DNA of 64,000 bases. Origin: Nostoc sp. DedSLP01. Lineage in GTDB: Bacteria > Cyanobacteriota > Cyanobacteriia > Cyanobacteriales > Nostocaceae. The notes under the pieces were generated by a model, which did not search any database, had not been told where the DNA came from, and was given only the letters and a program-made list of their open reading frames with translations. The stretch lies in contig JAVRCJ020000004.1 of the NCBI GenBank assembly GCA_034530875.2, forward strand, positions 256,001-320,000, written 5' to 3'. A program made the position numbers and the translations under genes. This document shows positions 10,849-22,604 of this stretch, one piece after another (within the stretch, counting starts at the first letter, position 1; every line of letters starts with the position of its first letter).

Positions 10849-11121
10849 ATGGAGAGAAAAATAGTGAATAAGGATGATTTTCTCTATCCTCGCGGCCGCT
10901 ACTACGGTCAAGTAAAGCCAGAAAACTTAGTTTTTAATGCTAATCTACAGGAATTTGCCCAAAAGGTAAGTTATATTTGCAACTTAGAAACAGGTGGAAA
11001 ACTCCCTCCGGGTGAAGCTTACGACCAAATAAAGGACTTATGGAAACAGTTAAAGCGCTCAAAAAAAGAACTCAGAATTGGGGAAGATCCATTTCAGGGT
11101 AACGAGGAGATTGAAGATTGA
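10849..11121 (+). CDS. small conserved cyanobacterial hypothetical protein
   Basis: FLYPRGRYYG...NLVFNANLQEFAQKV...LETGGK signature; AGGAG RBS. The start could be the GTG at 10864. Confidence 0.8.
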   Translation: MERKIVNKDDFLYPRGRYYGQVKPENLVFNANLQEFAQKVSYICNLETGGKLPPGEAYDQIKDLWKQLKRSKKELRIGEDPFQGNEEIED

Positions 11122-11169
11122 AGCAAAGATGCACTAAATAACTAACGACCGATGACTAATGACTAATGG

Positions 11170-13788
11170 CTACTTAGCCAGCATTGTCCAAGTACCATCC
11201 CAAGATTCTGGAGGTGGTGTTTGTAAGTACTTACAACTACGTTCTAGATGCATATTTACAGCTTGGTCTTGAGGTTCGATCCGTTTAGCAGTTTCAAAAC
11301 AAGCGATCGCCTGCGAGAAATTACGCGATAAATAAGCTGAACGTCCAGTATGATAATGAAATAAAAACTCTTGGGTGTTAGCATCCAAAGGAATACTGCG
11401 ATCGCCAATTAGCTCGTAGATATTCACTGCCTGGTGTTTACCTTTGACTCGAATTTTATCTAACTGGCGCACCCAAATGCGATCGCTGCAAAGCTGGTAA
11501 GTAAATTCACTTAAAAGAATATCACAACCATATTCCTTAGTAACTCCTTCCAGGCGCGAACTTAAATTTACGCCGTCTCCAATAACGGTGTAATCCATAC
11601 GCTTGCGAGAACCAATATTACCTGAAACTACTTCCCCAGAACTAATACCAATACCAATACGTATTTCTGGCTGTGCTTCGATAATTCGCCGCTGGTTAAA
11701 TTCCTCTAAGCGTTGTCGCATATCCAACGCTGATTGTATGGCCCTCCAAGCATGATTTTCTGTAAGTGGTAGGGGCGCACCGAATACTGCCATTAAAGCA
11801 TCACCGATAAATTTATCGAGTGTGCCTTCATAGTTAAAAACTGCCTCTACCATTGTTTCAAAATACTGATTCAGCAGCGACACCACTTCCGCCGCGCCGA
11901 GATTTTCTGTAAGTGTTGTGTAGCCGCGGATATCAGAAAATAAGATGGTGACTTCTTTACGTTCGCTGACCATTAAACCATCTTCCCCCAAAGCCATAAC
12001 TTGTTCGACTACATGGGGCGTCAGGTAGCGCGACATGGTAGTTTTCATGCGTTTTTCCTGACTGATGTCTTCCAAAACCACTAAACCACCACGGACGCCA
12101 CCTTCTGGGTTAGTCAGGGGATTAACAGTAAGATTGATACTGCGTTCTAATATTTGCACGCGATCGGATGTGAGAAACTGAGATTTGGGAGTTAAGGGGT
12201 GATTCCAAGGAATAAAAACATCGGGATCGTGGCGATCGCGCACTGCTAAACTTAAGTACTGAGTTTTGGATGCCGAACCCTGAGTAAAAATCAAGACTGG
12301 ACACGGGATAAACGCCCCGCTATCGCTAACAGCATTCACAACTTGATACAAGCCCACAATCAAACTTTGTTCTGGCACATAATGTTTAGCTCCAGTTGTT
12401 AAACTATCCTCCAGCCGCATTTGCAGATTTTCAATCGGCACAACTTCCCAAACTCGGCGTCCAATCAAATTTTGTTCCCACAAAAGCTTGTTGCTTTTGG
12501 TATTCGCATCTCCTATGGGACAACCCAATAACTCCAAGGCAGCATCATTAATTGTGACTATTTTTCCTGCCATATCTGTAGAAATTACTGCATCAGAGAG
12601 ACTTTGTAAAATGTCTTTTTGATACTGTTTTTCTAGTAGCACATTTTCAAACAGCCGAGCATTTTCCAAAGCAATTCCTGCCTGGATATTAAAAGCCCGC
12701 ATAAACTCTTCATCAGAAGCAGTAAAGCTGCTTTGTTGCTTATTAATTAATTGCGTTACTCCAATTAATTCATTTGCAGAATTAAAAACTGGCAAACACA
12801 AAATATTGCGAGTTACATATCCAGTTCTTCGATCTGTAGTTGGGTCAAAGCGGGGGTCTTTGTAAGCATCAGGAATATTTAGAGCTTTACCAGTAGAAGC
12901 AACATAGCCAGCAATACCACGATTAGCCGGAATCCTAATTTCGATTAAATCTGTCCCATCTGCTGCCGCGACTTTCGTCCAGAGTTCGCTCATCTCTTTA
13001 CGATATAAAAACAGCGTGCTGCGGTCTGCTTGCATTAGAATTCGAGCTTGTTCCATGACTATTTGCAAGGTCGCTTCTAAGTCCAGACTTTGCCCTAGAG
13101 TTTGAGTTGCCCGCAGCAAAGCCGTTGCTCCTCTTTGATTGCGGGCAGCTACATAAAAAGATTGACAGCTTTCGAGAATAATTCCAATAGAAGCAGCAAA
13201 ATTGCGAAAACGTTCTTCATCTTCAAAATTAAATGGAATATCGCCAGTTTTATTAGCTAGTTGTACTACAGCCACAGTTTGGTTTTTGCTACTAATGACT
13301 GGCATACATAAAATATTACGAATCTTATAGCCCATTTGTTTTTCCAATTCAGGGCTAAATAGGGGATGAGTAGAAGTTTCAGATATATTTAAATATTGAC
13401 CAGTACTAGCAACATGACCGGGAATACCCACTGTAATTGGAGTACGAATTTCTAAAAACTTTTGAGTATTATCTTGGGGAACTTTTGACCAAAGTTGACC
13501 TTTGTCATGGTCAACTAAAAAAATAGCTGTATGTTCTGCTTGGAGGATTTGACCAATTTTGAGCGTAATTGCTTCTAGAACTTTTTCCAACATAGTTTCT
13601 AGAGCTTCATTATTAATTAGTTCAATGGCTCTGAGAAATTGTTGAAATTCAGCTGTTATAAAGTCGAGTAAGCAAACAAATTCATTAACAGATAAATCTT
13701 TAACGCGACGTAATAAGGCGTGAGTACGATTAACTTGAGTGAGTTCAGTTAATGTAGCCAAGACGCTGCCAGAGTTAGGGAGTGTCAT
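11170..13788 (-). CDS. cyaB1: GAF-GAF-PAS class III adenylate cyclase
   Basis: Two GAF domains with NK...F...DE motifs, a PAS domain, catalytic FSDIRGYT, DKFIGDALM and GDGVNLSSRLE motifs, and a C-terminal TPR-like tail. Confidence 0.9.
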   Translation of the reverse strand: MTLPNSGSVLATLTELTQVNRTHALLRRVKDLSVNEFVCLLDFITAEFQQFLRAIELINNEALETMLEKVLEAITLKIGQILQAEHTAIFLVDHDKGQLWSKVPQDNTQKFLEIRTPITVGIPGHVASTGQYLNISETSTHPLFSPELEKQMGYKIRNILCMPVISSKNQTVAVVQLANKTGDIPFNFEDEERFRNFAASIGIILESCQSFYVAARNQRGATALLRATQTLGQSLDLEATLQIVMEQARILMQADRSTLFLYRKEMSELWTKVAAADGTDLIEIRIPANRGIAGYVASTGKALNIPDAYKDPRFDPTTDRRTGYVTRNILCLPVFNSANELIGVTQLINKQQSSFTASDEEFMRAFNIQAGIALENARLFENVLLEKQYQKDILQSLSDAVISTDMAGKIVTINDAALELLGCPIGDANTKSNKLLWEQNLIGRRVWEVVPIENLQMRLEDSLTTGAKHYVPEQSLIVGLYQVVNAVSDSGAFIPCPVLIFTQGSASKTQYLSLAVRDRHDPDVFIPWNHPLTPKSQFLTSDRVQILERSINLTVNPLTNPEGGVRGGLVVLEDISQEKRMKTTMSRYLTPHVVEQVMALGEDGLMVSERKEVTILFSDIRGYTTLTENLGAAEVVSLLNQYFETMVEAVFNYEGTLDKFIGDALMAVFGAPLPLTENHAWRAIQSALDMRQRLEEFNQRRIIEAQPEIRIGIGISSGEVVSGNIGSRKRMDYTVIGDGVNLSSRLEGVTKEYGCDILLSEFTYQLCSDRIWVRQLDKIRVKGKHQAVNIYELIGDRSIPLDANTQEFLFHYHTGRSAYLSRNFSQAIACFETAKRIEPQDQAVNMHLERSCKYLQTPPPESWDGTWTMLAK

Positions 13789-13852
13789 GGGAATTTTGGT
13801 TACCAGAGATTGGGGACTGGGGACTGGGGGCTGGGGATTAGGGAATAGGTAT

Positions 13853-13943
13853 TAGACTTGTTGCAGAAGTCGGGAAAAGGGGGAAAGGTTTGCTATTTTC
13901 CCTTTTCCCACCTTTTACAAAAGTGCTTTTTGCAAAAGGTCTA
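13853..13943. mobile_element. short MITE-like element with TAGAC...GTCTA ends
   Basis: Imperfect TIRs tagacttgttgcagaag / ctttttgcaaaaggtcta, embedded in an STRR array. Confidence 0.55.
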
Positions 13944-14011
13944 TTTGAGATTAGGGAGTAGGAACTGAATTCTACCTTATACCCAATTCCGAGTCCCCAG
14001 TCCCCAGTCCC

Positions 14012-15133
14012 CTATTGTTGAGAAAATACGACTTTTTGATAGTAATCTTGTAGCTGGGAAGTAGCAGCTGCCCAACCCCATCTTTCTGCTTCTTTACGAG
14101 CGTTTTGACGGATGATGTCTCGTTGTTGTTTCTGTTCTAAGAGGCGGACAGTAGCGGACAAGGCGTCTTGAATATCTGCTTTTGGGTCAAAAAGATATCC
14201 ATTTACCCCATCTGTCACAATATCGGGAATTCCTCCAGAACGCGCTGCTACCACGGGACAGCCGGCTGCCATTGCTTCTAGCAATACCAAGCCCAGTGTT
14301 TCTGTTCGGGAGGGAAAAATAAAGGCGTCAGCACTAGCAAAGGCAGAACCTAACGCTTGCCCCATGAGATACCCAACGAAATTAGTGTTTGTGCCAGCAA
14401 AGTGTTTTTCTAGTGCTTGGCGGTGGGGGCCATCGCCAACTAATGCTAATCTGGCTTCGGGAATTGCTTCTAAAATTGGTTTGATGCGCTCAATTTCTTT
14501 TTCAGCGGAAAGACGTCCAACGTAAAGTAGTAGAGGGCTTTCTGGATGATTTTGCGATAGACGCGATCGCATCTCTACACTAGCTAAATCGGGATGAAAT
14601 AATTCTGTATCCACCCCACGCTGCCATAAATCTACTCGTTCAATACCGTGTGCTGACAGTTCCTCCATCATCGCTGTAGAGGTACACAGATTCAAAGCTG
14701 CTTGATTGTGACCGGCTTTAAGCAGTTCCCAAAGCAGCCCTTCTAACATCCCCAAGCCATAATGCTGGAGATACTGGGGCAGATGGGTATGATAAGACGC
14801 TACCAGGGGTATTTTGAGCATTTTGCTGTAAAATATGCCAGCTAAACCCAAAACTGCTGGATTCACGACATGAATAATATCTGGCTGAAACTCTTCTAAG
14901 GCGTCACCAATGGCTGGGCGAGGAAGCGCCATTTTTAGTTCTGGATACAATGGCAGAGGAAAGCCAGTAACGCCGTAAACTTTAGCGCCTTTGTGTTCTG
15001 TAATGCCTCCATCAGGGGCAACCACCAGCACTTGATTGCCATTACGTTGTAGATGGTCAACGGTGTGGCGCAGGCGCGTTACAATGCCGTCAACCTTGGG
15101 CAAAAAGGTTTCGGTGAATAGAGCAATTCTCAT
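14012..15133 (-). CDS. sqdX: sulfoquinovosyldiacylglycerol synthase (GT4)
   Basis: MRIALFTETFLPKVDGIV and ETLGLVLLEAMAAG motifs; co-oriented with sqdB. Confidence 0.88.
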   Translation of the reverse strand: MRIALFTETFLPKVDGIVTRLRHTVDHLQRNGNQVLVVAPDGGITEHKGAKVYGVTGFPLPLYPELKMALPRPAIGDALEEFQPDIIHVVNPAVLGLAGIFYSKMLKIPLVASYHTHLPQYLQHYGLGMLEGLLWELLKAGHNQAALNLCTSTAMMEELSAHGIERVDLWQRGVDTELFHPDLASVEMRSRLSQNHPESPLLLYVGRLSAEKEIERIKPILEAIPEARLALVGDGPHRQALEKHFAGTNTNFVGYLMGQALGSAFASADAFIFPSRTETLGLVLLEAMAAGCPVVAARSGGIPDIVTDGVNGYLFDPKADIQDALSATVRLLEQKQQRDIIRQNARKEAERWGWAAATSQLQDYYQKVVFSQQ

Positions 15134-15139
15134 ATAAAA

Positions 15140-15784
15140 CTATTCAGTCCAGGCAGATAATCCCAGCTTTTCTTGCGTTTTGGTATCAAAGACAGAGTAA
15201 ACTGTCTCCCGTGGTGTAATCAATTCTTCACAGCCAGATTTAATGTTTTGCCGCTGCTTTTGTACAAAGTCTGAGATATCCTCAATGTCCACAATCCAAT
15301 CTTTGGCGTAAGCAACTAGCACTTGAGAGCGTAACCCTAACTGAATAGCGCGTCGCTCTAATTTCGCTCCTGATGGATGATGGTCTGGATCCCATTGCGA
15401 GCGCACTTGTGAGTCCTTTAGCGCTGTTTCCCACGTACTTCTGTGGGGATAAAGTTCTGGAATAAAGCTAGAATGAACAGCCACCCTTAAAATTTCATCA
15501 AAAGCCAAACGCTTAATCCAAATAGCTAGCACTACCTCTTGTCCAGTTTTTGTACCCCATCCAGAACGATACATCATCCAGAGGAAGTTAGGTTTAATCC
15601 AACTCATACGCTCAAAATTGAATTCACCACCAAAATAACCATAAATGGCGGCGAACTCACCAATCACTGGGCGATATGCTTGATAAACAACAATTGACTG
15701 GTCGTCATATTGCGCTAAAATATGGCGACCAGTTTTCGGCCAGCGACTCACTTGAGTTAAATAGGGTTCTGTTATCAGCTGCAC
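15140..15784 (-). CDS. DUF4291 family protein
   Basis: IVVYQAY, RMSWIKPNFLWMMYRSGWG and QWDPD...RRAIQLGL signatures. Confidence 0.85.
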   Translation of the reverse strand: MQLITEPYLTQVSRWPKTGRHILAQYDDQSIVVYQAYRPVIGEFAAIYGYFGGEFNFERMSWIKPNFLWMMYRSGWGTKTGQEVVLAIWIKRLAFDEILRVAVHSSFIPELYPHRSTWETALKDSQVRSQWDPDHHPSGAKLERRAIQLGLRSQVLVAYAKDWIVDIEDISDFVQKQRQNIKSGCEELITPRETVYSVFDTKTQEKLGLSAWTE

Positions 15785-15795
15785 CGGAGTTTAAG

Positions 15796-16962
<1,167 letters not shown>

Positions 16963-17203
16963 TTACTCGCTGATAGCTAAATCTATCAGGTTTCTGTCCC
17001 CTGTTAATCATCATTCTGAAAGAGATGTCGATTTTCGGCATGGGACATTGGGCATTGGGAAAGGGTAAGGGGGAAGGGGTAAGGGGGAAAGGGGAAACGG
17101 GAAAGATTAAATTTATTCCTTTTACCTTTAACCTTTTCCCCTGCTCCCTGCTCCCTGCTCCCTGCCCCCTGCCCCATCTCCCCATACCCTGCTTGCCCAT
17201 AAT

Positions 17204-17734
17204 TCAAGACTTGGGAATCCGATACTGCTGGGCAATGTAATAAAACAAACGGTAGTATTTTGAAAATTCTTGGCTGTTGCTTCGTCCTTGGAAGTAGTAT
17301 TTAACTTGATTTTGAGTTAGTGTCAGCGTCATTGAAGTTGTCTGGCGATCGCTTTCTACAACTAGCACGCCAGATATTCCTTGAGCAGTCTCAAAGTTGG
17401 GTTGTATCTTTTTCACTGGCTCTCGCTCTTGGTCAAGCGAATTTAATAGCTGTTGGCTTGCCCAGCCCCGAATTTCTGCTGACTTGTTTTGATCTGAAAT
17501 AAAGGTAATGCCATCATTATTTTCTGGCGCTCTCAAGGAACTCCAATTACTGGGATATGGAAACTCAAAACTATAGCGAGAATTGCTATAAGTTCTCCAA
17601 GCGATCGCTTCGGCGTTAAAATCAGTCGCACTACAACCCCACACGATTGTCAACAGGGCTATGACCCTGCTAAAGCTGGTGGCAAACGGATAAATTTTTT
17701 GCCCCAAACTACAAGTTTTACGAGCAGTAACCAT
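17204..17734 (-). CDS. putative exported or lipoprotein, PsbP-like fold
   Basis: Hydrophobic N-terminal segment ending VWGC; WRTYSNSRYSFEFPYPSNW motif. Confidence 0.6.
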   Translation of the reverse strand: MVTARKTCSLGQKIYPFATSFSRVIALLTIVWGCSATDFNAEAIAWRTYSNSRYSFEFPYPSNWSSLRAPENNDGITFISDQNKSAEIRGWASQQLLNSLDQEREPVKKIQPNFETAQGISGVLVVESDRQTTSMTLTLTQNQVKYYFQGRSNSQEFSKYYRLFYYIAQQYRIPKS

Positions 17735-17946
17735 TTACATTACGTATTTCGCCAAAGTCACTGATTTTATACAAATACCAGAAACTCAAATCGATACCTT
17801 CGCTAATTTACAGGTTATTGTTCCCAAATTAAGAAACTGCACCATAAAAGCTCTCATCAGAAATTCAATACTCTTTCAGAATATTTACTATTCTCTTTTT
17901 AGTTCTCAGTAGAGAAGCTTATAGAAGGTGCTTTATCACACAAATT

Positions 17947-18726
17947 ATGTACAGCGCATCTCCGCTATCTGAGCCAACTTTGGAGCTTGTTCACATCCAA
18001 ACCAACACATCTTTGCAATTTCCAGCAAATCTTTCTGTAATTTGTATCGGTAAGCCAAACGACCAACAACCACCAGATATTGATGTTTCTGGTTTACCAG
18101 ATTCGGATGTGGCATCTCGTATCCATGCCAAAATTTGGCGAAATAGAGATGAATACCATATCACCGATGTGGGCAGTTCTAATGGTACGTATGTTAACGG
18201 CGCAAAACTTCAACCTCAAGTTTTTTGTCCGCTGCATCCAGGAGACAAAGTTTCCCTTGGGCAGGGAGATAAAATAACCTTCATGTTTAGGGTGCGGCAG
18301 CACTCTGTATCTACCACACAAAACTCTGCCCCAACAAAAATTACAGCACCAACTATCAGTAACGCAGAGGACGAGCGAATAATCCTTGTTAGCAAGCTTA
18401 TTGGATTAGGGCTAATCCTCGCAGGCATTACATTTTTAAGTACAAGTATTTATGTCAGCGTCTACTTACGCAGCACACCTGGGATTTTCCTTTGTATTGG
18501 AGGCGTAGTAGCTCTCAATTGGGGCGGGCGCGATAATCGGAAACTGGGATGGGTGCTAATTGGCATAGGAATCGCTCTATTTATCGCTAGCGGTGTTGTC
18601 ATCGGCTCAGTGTCACTCTTTTCAATGCTAGTGTCATTCGCCGCAATTTCTTGTGGATATCAGTTGTTCGCAACTGGCAAGGTATTCAACTTTAATCCAC
18701 TGACACTCCAATTAATTAAAAAATAA
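17947..18726 (+). CDS. FHA-domain membrane protein
   Basis: IGK...SRIHA...DVGSSNGTYVNG FHA core followed by about four C-terminal hydrophobic helices. Confidence 0.88.
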   Translation: MYSASPLSEPTLELVHIQTNTSLQFPANLSVICIGKPNDQQPPDIDVSGLPDSDVASRIHAKIWRNRDEYHITDVGSSNGTYVNGAKLQPQVFCPLHPGDKVSLGQGDKITFMFRVRQHSVSTTQNSAPTKITAPTISNAEDERIILVSKLIGLGLILAGITFLSTSIYVSVYLRSTPGIFLCIGGVVALNWGGRDNRKLGWVLIGIGIALFIASGVVIGSVSLFSMLVSFAAISCGYQLFATGKVFNFNPLTLQLIKK

Positions 18727-18860
18727 GCAAGTCACAGAATCTTTGCTCGATCGCTAATTCCCATTATCGAAAAAATCTCGGTATGGCTAGCGTTCGGCAG
18801 TATTCGAGCGGCAAAATGTAAATAAATGTAACGATATAGCCGTCAAAACGTTTTGCTGTC

Positions 18861-18889
18861 TTGACAAAGAATAGAAGAACCGATAACTT
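18861..18889 (+). promoter_or_regulatory. sigma70-type promoter of the RHH-ycf46-ycf35 operon
   Basis: TTGACA (18861-18866), 17-nt spacer, TAACTT (18884-18889). Palindromes CAAAACGTTTTG (18844-18855) and TGTCTTGACA flank or overlap the -35. Confidence 0.6.
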
Positions 18890-18925
18890 GATATACATAC
18901 CCGGGTAAGACCGTTAAAGAGTTAT

Positions 18926-19279
18926 ATGCAAACGCAAACTAAGCAAAAGGTCACTTTGTATTTATCGCCAGAGTTGCACAGGAAACTGAAGATTCGTTCA
19001 GCAATCGATTGCCAAGCAATGTCAGAGATCGCAGAACGCGCCCTCATTTTTTATCTGTCTAATTCTGAATTAGTTGATGAAGTCGAAGCTTCATCTTATG
19101 GGCGGACTCATAGAGTTTATTCCTGCCCAACTTGTAATAGCTCACTAGTCTTACGCGATGGGGAACTAGTTACCTTGGGCAATCAACCAGGAGTAATCGG
19201 TCAAGAACATCTTTCTATTGATGAAATTAATGAAGATGAAACCCATCCTAAGGGTGAGGAAGAGTTGGTTCCTTGCTAG
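18926..19279 (+). CDS. hypothetical protein with RHH-like N-terminus and CxxC motif
   Basis: KQKVTLYLSPELHRKLKIRSA has a ribbon-helix-helix pattern; CPTC motif further on. Confidence 0.75.
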   Translation: MQTQTKQKVTLYLSPELHRKLKIRSAIDCQAMSEIAERALIFYLSNSELVDEVEASSYGRTHRVYSCPTCNSSLVLRDGELVTLGNQPGVIGQEHLSIDEINEDETHPKGEEELVPC

Positions 19280-19371
19280 ATAGGAATGATGAATGAACAA
19301 TTCATCATTCGGTTGCCTTTACTAAAAGCAATGTCTCTACTGTCTCTATTAGGTCTCAAGTAGGTCGATGT

Positions 19372-20883
19372 ATGAAAGAAGAGCTCAATATTTTAATTCA
19401 AGCTCAATACCCTTTAATCTACCTTGTGACCTCCGAGGAAGAACGGGCTGAGCAAGCAATTTCCACTACTGCCCAGATGTTGAAGCCTCAGCGCCGAGTA
19501 TTTGTTTGGACAGTAACGCACGGCATTGTTGAGTACGGTCAACCCCGGAATGTCACCCAGCATAATACCGTATCTCCAGAGGCGGCGATTGAGTGGATTA
19601 TCCGGCAAAAAGAACCTAGTATATTTATTCTTAAAGATCTACATCCATTTATTGATGCGCCTGCAACCACAAGATCGTTACGCGATGCGATCGCCAGCTT
19701 CAAAGGTACCCAAAAGAACATCATTTTGATGTCCCCAATGCAGCAAGTACCAATAGAACTGGAAAAAGAAGTTGTAGTTCTCGACTTTCGCTTGCCAGAT
19801 ATGGCTGAGTTGAATAAAGTATTAACTTATCACTTAGATCAACATCGTGGGCGGCGGTTAACAACCGAGGCTAGAGAAAAACTTCTTAGAGCAGCTTTGG
19901 GTTTAACCAAAGATGAAGCAGAAAAAGTCTATCGAAAGGCGCAGGTAACTACAGGGCGCTTGACAGAAGATGAAGTAGATATCGTTTTATCTGAGAAAAA
20001 GCAACTGATTCGGCGCAATGGTATCTTAGAGTACATTGAAGAAGATGAAACCATTGATGCTGTAGGTGGGTTAGAGGAGCTAAAAAAATGGCTCAAGCAG
20101 CGTTCTAACGCTTTCACAGAAAGAGCGAGAGAATATGGTTTGCCTCAACCAAAAGGGATGTTAATTTTGGGGGTTCCTGGTTGTGGTAAGTCATTAATAG
20201 CTAAAACTACTTCTCGCCTGTGGGGTTTACCACTGTTGCGGTTGGATATGGGGCGAGTCTATGACGGCTCAATGGTGGGAAGAAGTGAAGCAAACTTGCG
20301 TAACGCCCTAAAAACAGCAGAATCTATATCCCCAGCAATTTTGTTTATCGATGAATTAGATAAATCCTTTGCTGGTAGTGCAGGCTCCTCCGATTCTGAT
20401 GGGGGGACTTCAAGTAGAATTTTTGGTTCTTTCCTCACATGGATGCAAGATAAAAAATCTCCAGTGTTTGTGATGGCAACCGCTAACAGAGTAGAACGGT
20501 TACCTGGAGAATTTTTGAGGAAAGGACGCTTTGATGAAATCTTCTTTGTGGATTTGCCAACTCCAGAAGAACGTCAAGATATATATAAGATTCACCTCAC
20601 CAAGCGTCGGGAAGACATCTCTCGATTTGACCTCGAGCAATTAGCTAAGATGTCCGATGGCTTTTCTGGGGCAGAAATTGAACAAGCGATCGTTGCGGCG
20701 ATGTATGAAGCTTTCGCCCAAGATCGGGAGTTCACACAACTAGATATTATTGCTGCGCTGAAGGCAACATTGCCGCTGTCTCGAACGATGCAAGAACAAG
20801 TAACGGCTCTGAGAGATTGGGCCAGACAGCGAGCGCGTCCCGCAGCATCCTCCGTTGCTGAATATCAGCGAATGGAGTTTTAA
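19372..20883 (+). CDS. ycf46: Ycf46-family AAA+ ATPase
   Basis: Walker A GVPGCGKS, Walker B ILFIDE, SRH RKGRFD; N-terminal degenerate AAA module (EEER, LKDLH). Confidence 0.88.
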   Translation: MKEELNILIQAQYPLIYLVTSEEERAEQAISTTAQMLKPQRRVFVWTVTHGIVEYGQPRNVTQHNTVSPEAAIEWIIRQKEPSIFILKDLHPFIDAPATTRSLRDAIASFKGTQKNIILMSPMQQVPIELEKEVVVLDFRLPDMAELNKVLTYHLDQHRGRRLTTEAREKLLRAALGLTKDEAEKVYRKAQVTTGRLTEDEVDIVLSEKKQLIRRNGILEYIEEDETIDAVGGLEELKKWLKQRSNAFTERAREYGLPQPKGMLILGVPGCGKSLIAKTTSRLWGLPLLRLDMGRVYDGSMVGRSEANLRNALKTAESISPAILFIDELDKSFAGSAGSSDSDGGTSSRIFGSFLTWMQDKKSPVFVMATANRVERLPGEFLRKGRFDEIFFVDLPTPEERQDIYKIHLTKRREDISRFDLEQLAKMSDGFSGAEIEQAIVAAMYEAFAQDREFTQLDIIAALKATLPLSRTMQEQVTALRDWARQRARPAASSVAEYQRMEF

Positions 20884-21023
20884 AAGCTTTCCTCTGCCAT
20901 CCCAGGGGGAAAGGCTAGCTTTAAGGCTAGCAGTTATGAAAAAAGCCGCCTCCTGCTAAGTGCGGCTTCGTCCAAAACAAACCGTTGTCGTATTTCTCAA
21001 TCTTCTCATTGGAGGAAACCCAA

Positions 21024-21374
21024 ATGTCTCACTTTAGCACCCTGCGTACCAAGATCACCGATGCCGAAATCCTCAAAGCTTCCTTGCGCGACCTCGGTAT
21101 CAGCGTAAAAACTGAAGCTGATGTACGTGGTTATAACGGTCAGCGCGTTCGTTCCGATATCGTTGCCGTATTGGAAGGCGAATATGACCTCGGCTGGTCT
21201 CGCAACAGCGATGGTTCTTTTGACCTAATTGCTGACCTGTGGGGCGTTGCTAAGAAGCACAACCAAACCGAGTTGATCAACTCCATTAACCAAAAATATG
21301 CTGTTAACAAGACCTTGGCTGAAGTAAAACAGCGCGGTCTACAAAACGCCAATGTGAAGTTGGTATTACAATAA
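21024..21374 (+). CDS. ycf35: Ycf35 / DUF1257 protein
   Basis: MSHFSTLRTKI...VRGYNGQ...DLW signature; GGAGG RBS. Confidence 0.88.
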   Translation: MSHFSTLRTKITDAEILKASLRDLGISVKTEADVRGYNGQRVRSDIVAVLEGEYDLGWSRNSDGSFDLIADLWGVAKKHNQTELINSINQKYAVNKTLAEVKQRGLQNANVKLVLQ

Positions 21375-21403
21375 CCATTTCTCTGCGCGTTCCCAAAGCT
21401 GCA

Positions 21404-21442
21404 CGGGTTAACCAGGCATTAGCGGTTAGCCCGCTTTTTTTT
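21404..21442 (+). terminator. intrinsic terminator
   Basis: CGGGTTAACC/GGTTAGCCCG stem followed by a T-run. Confidence 0.75.
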
Positions 21443-21689
21443 AGGGACTGGGATTTATTTCTCAGCCCCTAATTTTTTAACTCTAATTGGCATCCACCGA
21501 CTGAAGTTTAAGCAAAATTATATAGTTTCTACTAACAAGGGACAAAAAGTTACAAAAAAACACCGAGACTTAAAATTTCAAAGAAAAACTATGTCTCGGC
21601 TATGTCTCACATTCTATCTCGGCTCGAAATCGGAAAAATTTTCACCTGAGATAGATTCTGCAATTAATGGGAATTTAAATTAGGTTGAG

Positions 21690-22604
21690 CTACTTACAAC
21701 AGGGCAATAGAGGTTTGTTGACAACTTCTTTAATGTCTACAGAATTTAACAAATCTTCCCAATATTTTTGGACTTCGGGATCGTTAGGGCGTTGGCTGCG
21801 TAAGTTAGCTATAGTTCTTAGAGAGTCTTCCCAAAATCCAGCGGTGGCATACAAAACTGCACGTTCCAAGTCTGTGTTTGTTTGTTTGAGTTCCAGTGCT
21901 AGATTTTCATCTTGCGATCGCACTATTTTACCTTCTATATACGAATCTTTATCCCGGTTGCGAAGATCGCAAATCATTGAAAAAGTCCAACTATATTCTT
22001 TTCCTATTTGCAGAGATGATTTATCAGCAGGTACAGTTACACGAACAATACCATTTTGTCCCACAGGCTTAAAAGTTTGCTTATACAATGGGTCAATACT
22101 CTCATCATCCTGCAAAACAAATTCTAGTGCTTCTACTTTTGTAGACGTTTGAGGAATATAGAAATAAAATGTAGGATGTTCTGCTGTAGTTAGTTGAGCT
22201 TCCTTATCTGTTGGTATCAGAGGAATGATAGATTGTCCCGTTTCAAAACAACTGCCTCGCGTTCCTGCCGATCTCACTCTACCAGGTATACCTGGAACGA
22301 AGGCAATACGATTTCTGTTATTACCACGTTGAATATAACCTGTAACATTTCTAATTGCAGTAGTAGCATATTTATCTCCAGGACGTAGGCGTTCTGCTTG
22401 TCGAAAATATCCTAAAGCTTTTCGATAATTTCTGCGTTTGGTTTCACTATAACCAAGTCGCATATATTGGGTATAAGCAGCTCTAGCTTGTGCGAGTTGG
22501 TAAACCGACTCACTTGCCAATACCTGAGTTCTAGTAAAAGGTTCTAACGGGAGAAATGCTAAAGTAGCAAACAGCCAAATTACCCAAAATTTATATTTCT
22601 TCAT
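21690..22604 (-). CDS. secreted DUF928-domain protein with a TPR-like helical segment
   Basis: Signal peptide, YMRLGY...YRKALGYF helix pair, AGTRGSC, TTAEHPTFYFYIP and YATAGFWED DUF928 signatures. Confidence 0.85.
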   Translation of the reverse strand: MKKYKFWVIWLFATLAFLPLEPFTRTQVLASESVYQLAQARAAYTQYMRLGYSETKRRNYRKALGYFRQAERLRPGDKYATTAIRNVTGYIQRGNNRNRIAFVPGIPGRVRSAGTRGSCFETGQSIIPLIPTDKEAQLTTAEHPTFYFYIPQTSTKVEALEFVLQDDESIDPLYKQTFKPVGQNGIVRVTVPADKSSLQIGKEYSWTFSMICDLRNRDKDSYIEGKIVRSQDENLALELKQTNTDLERAVLYATAGFWEDSLRTIANLRSQRPNDPEVQKYWEDLLNSVDIKEVVNKPLLPCCK

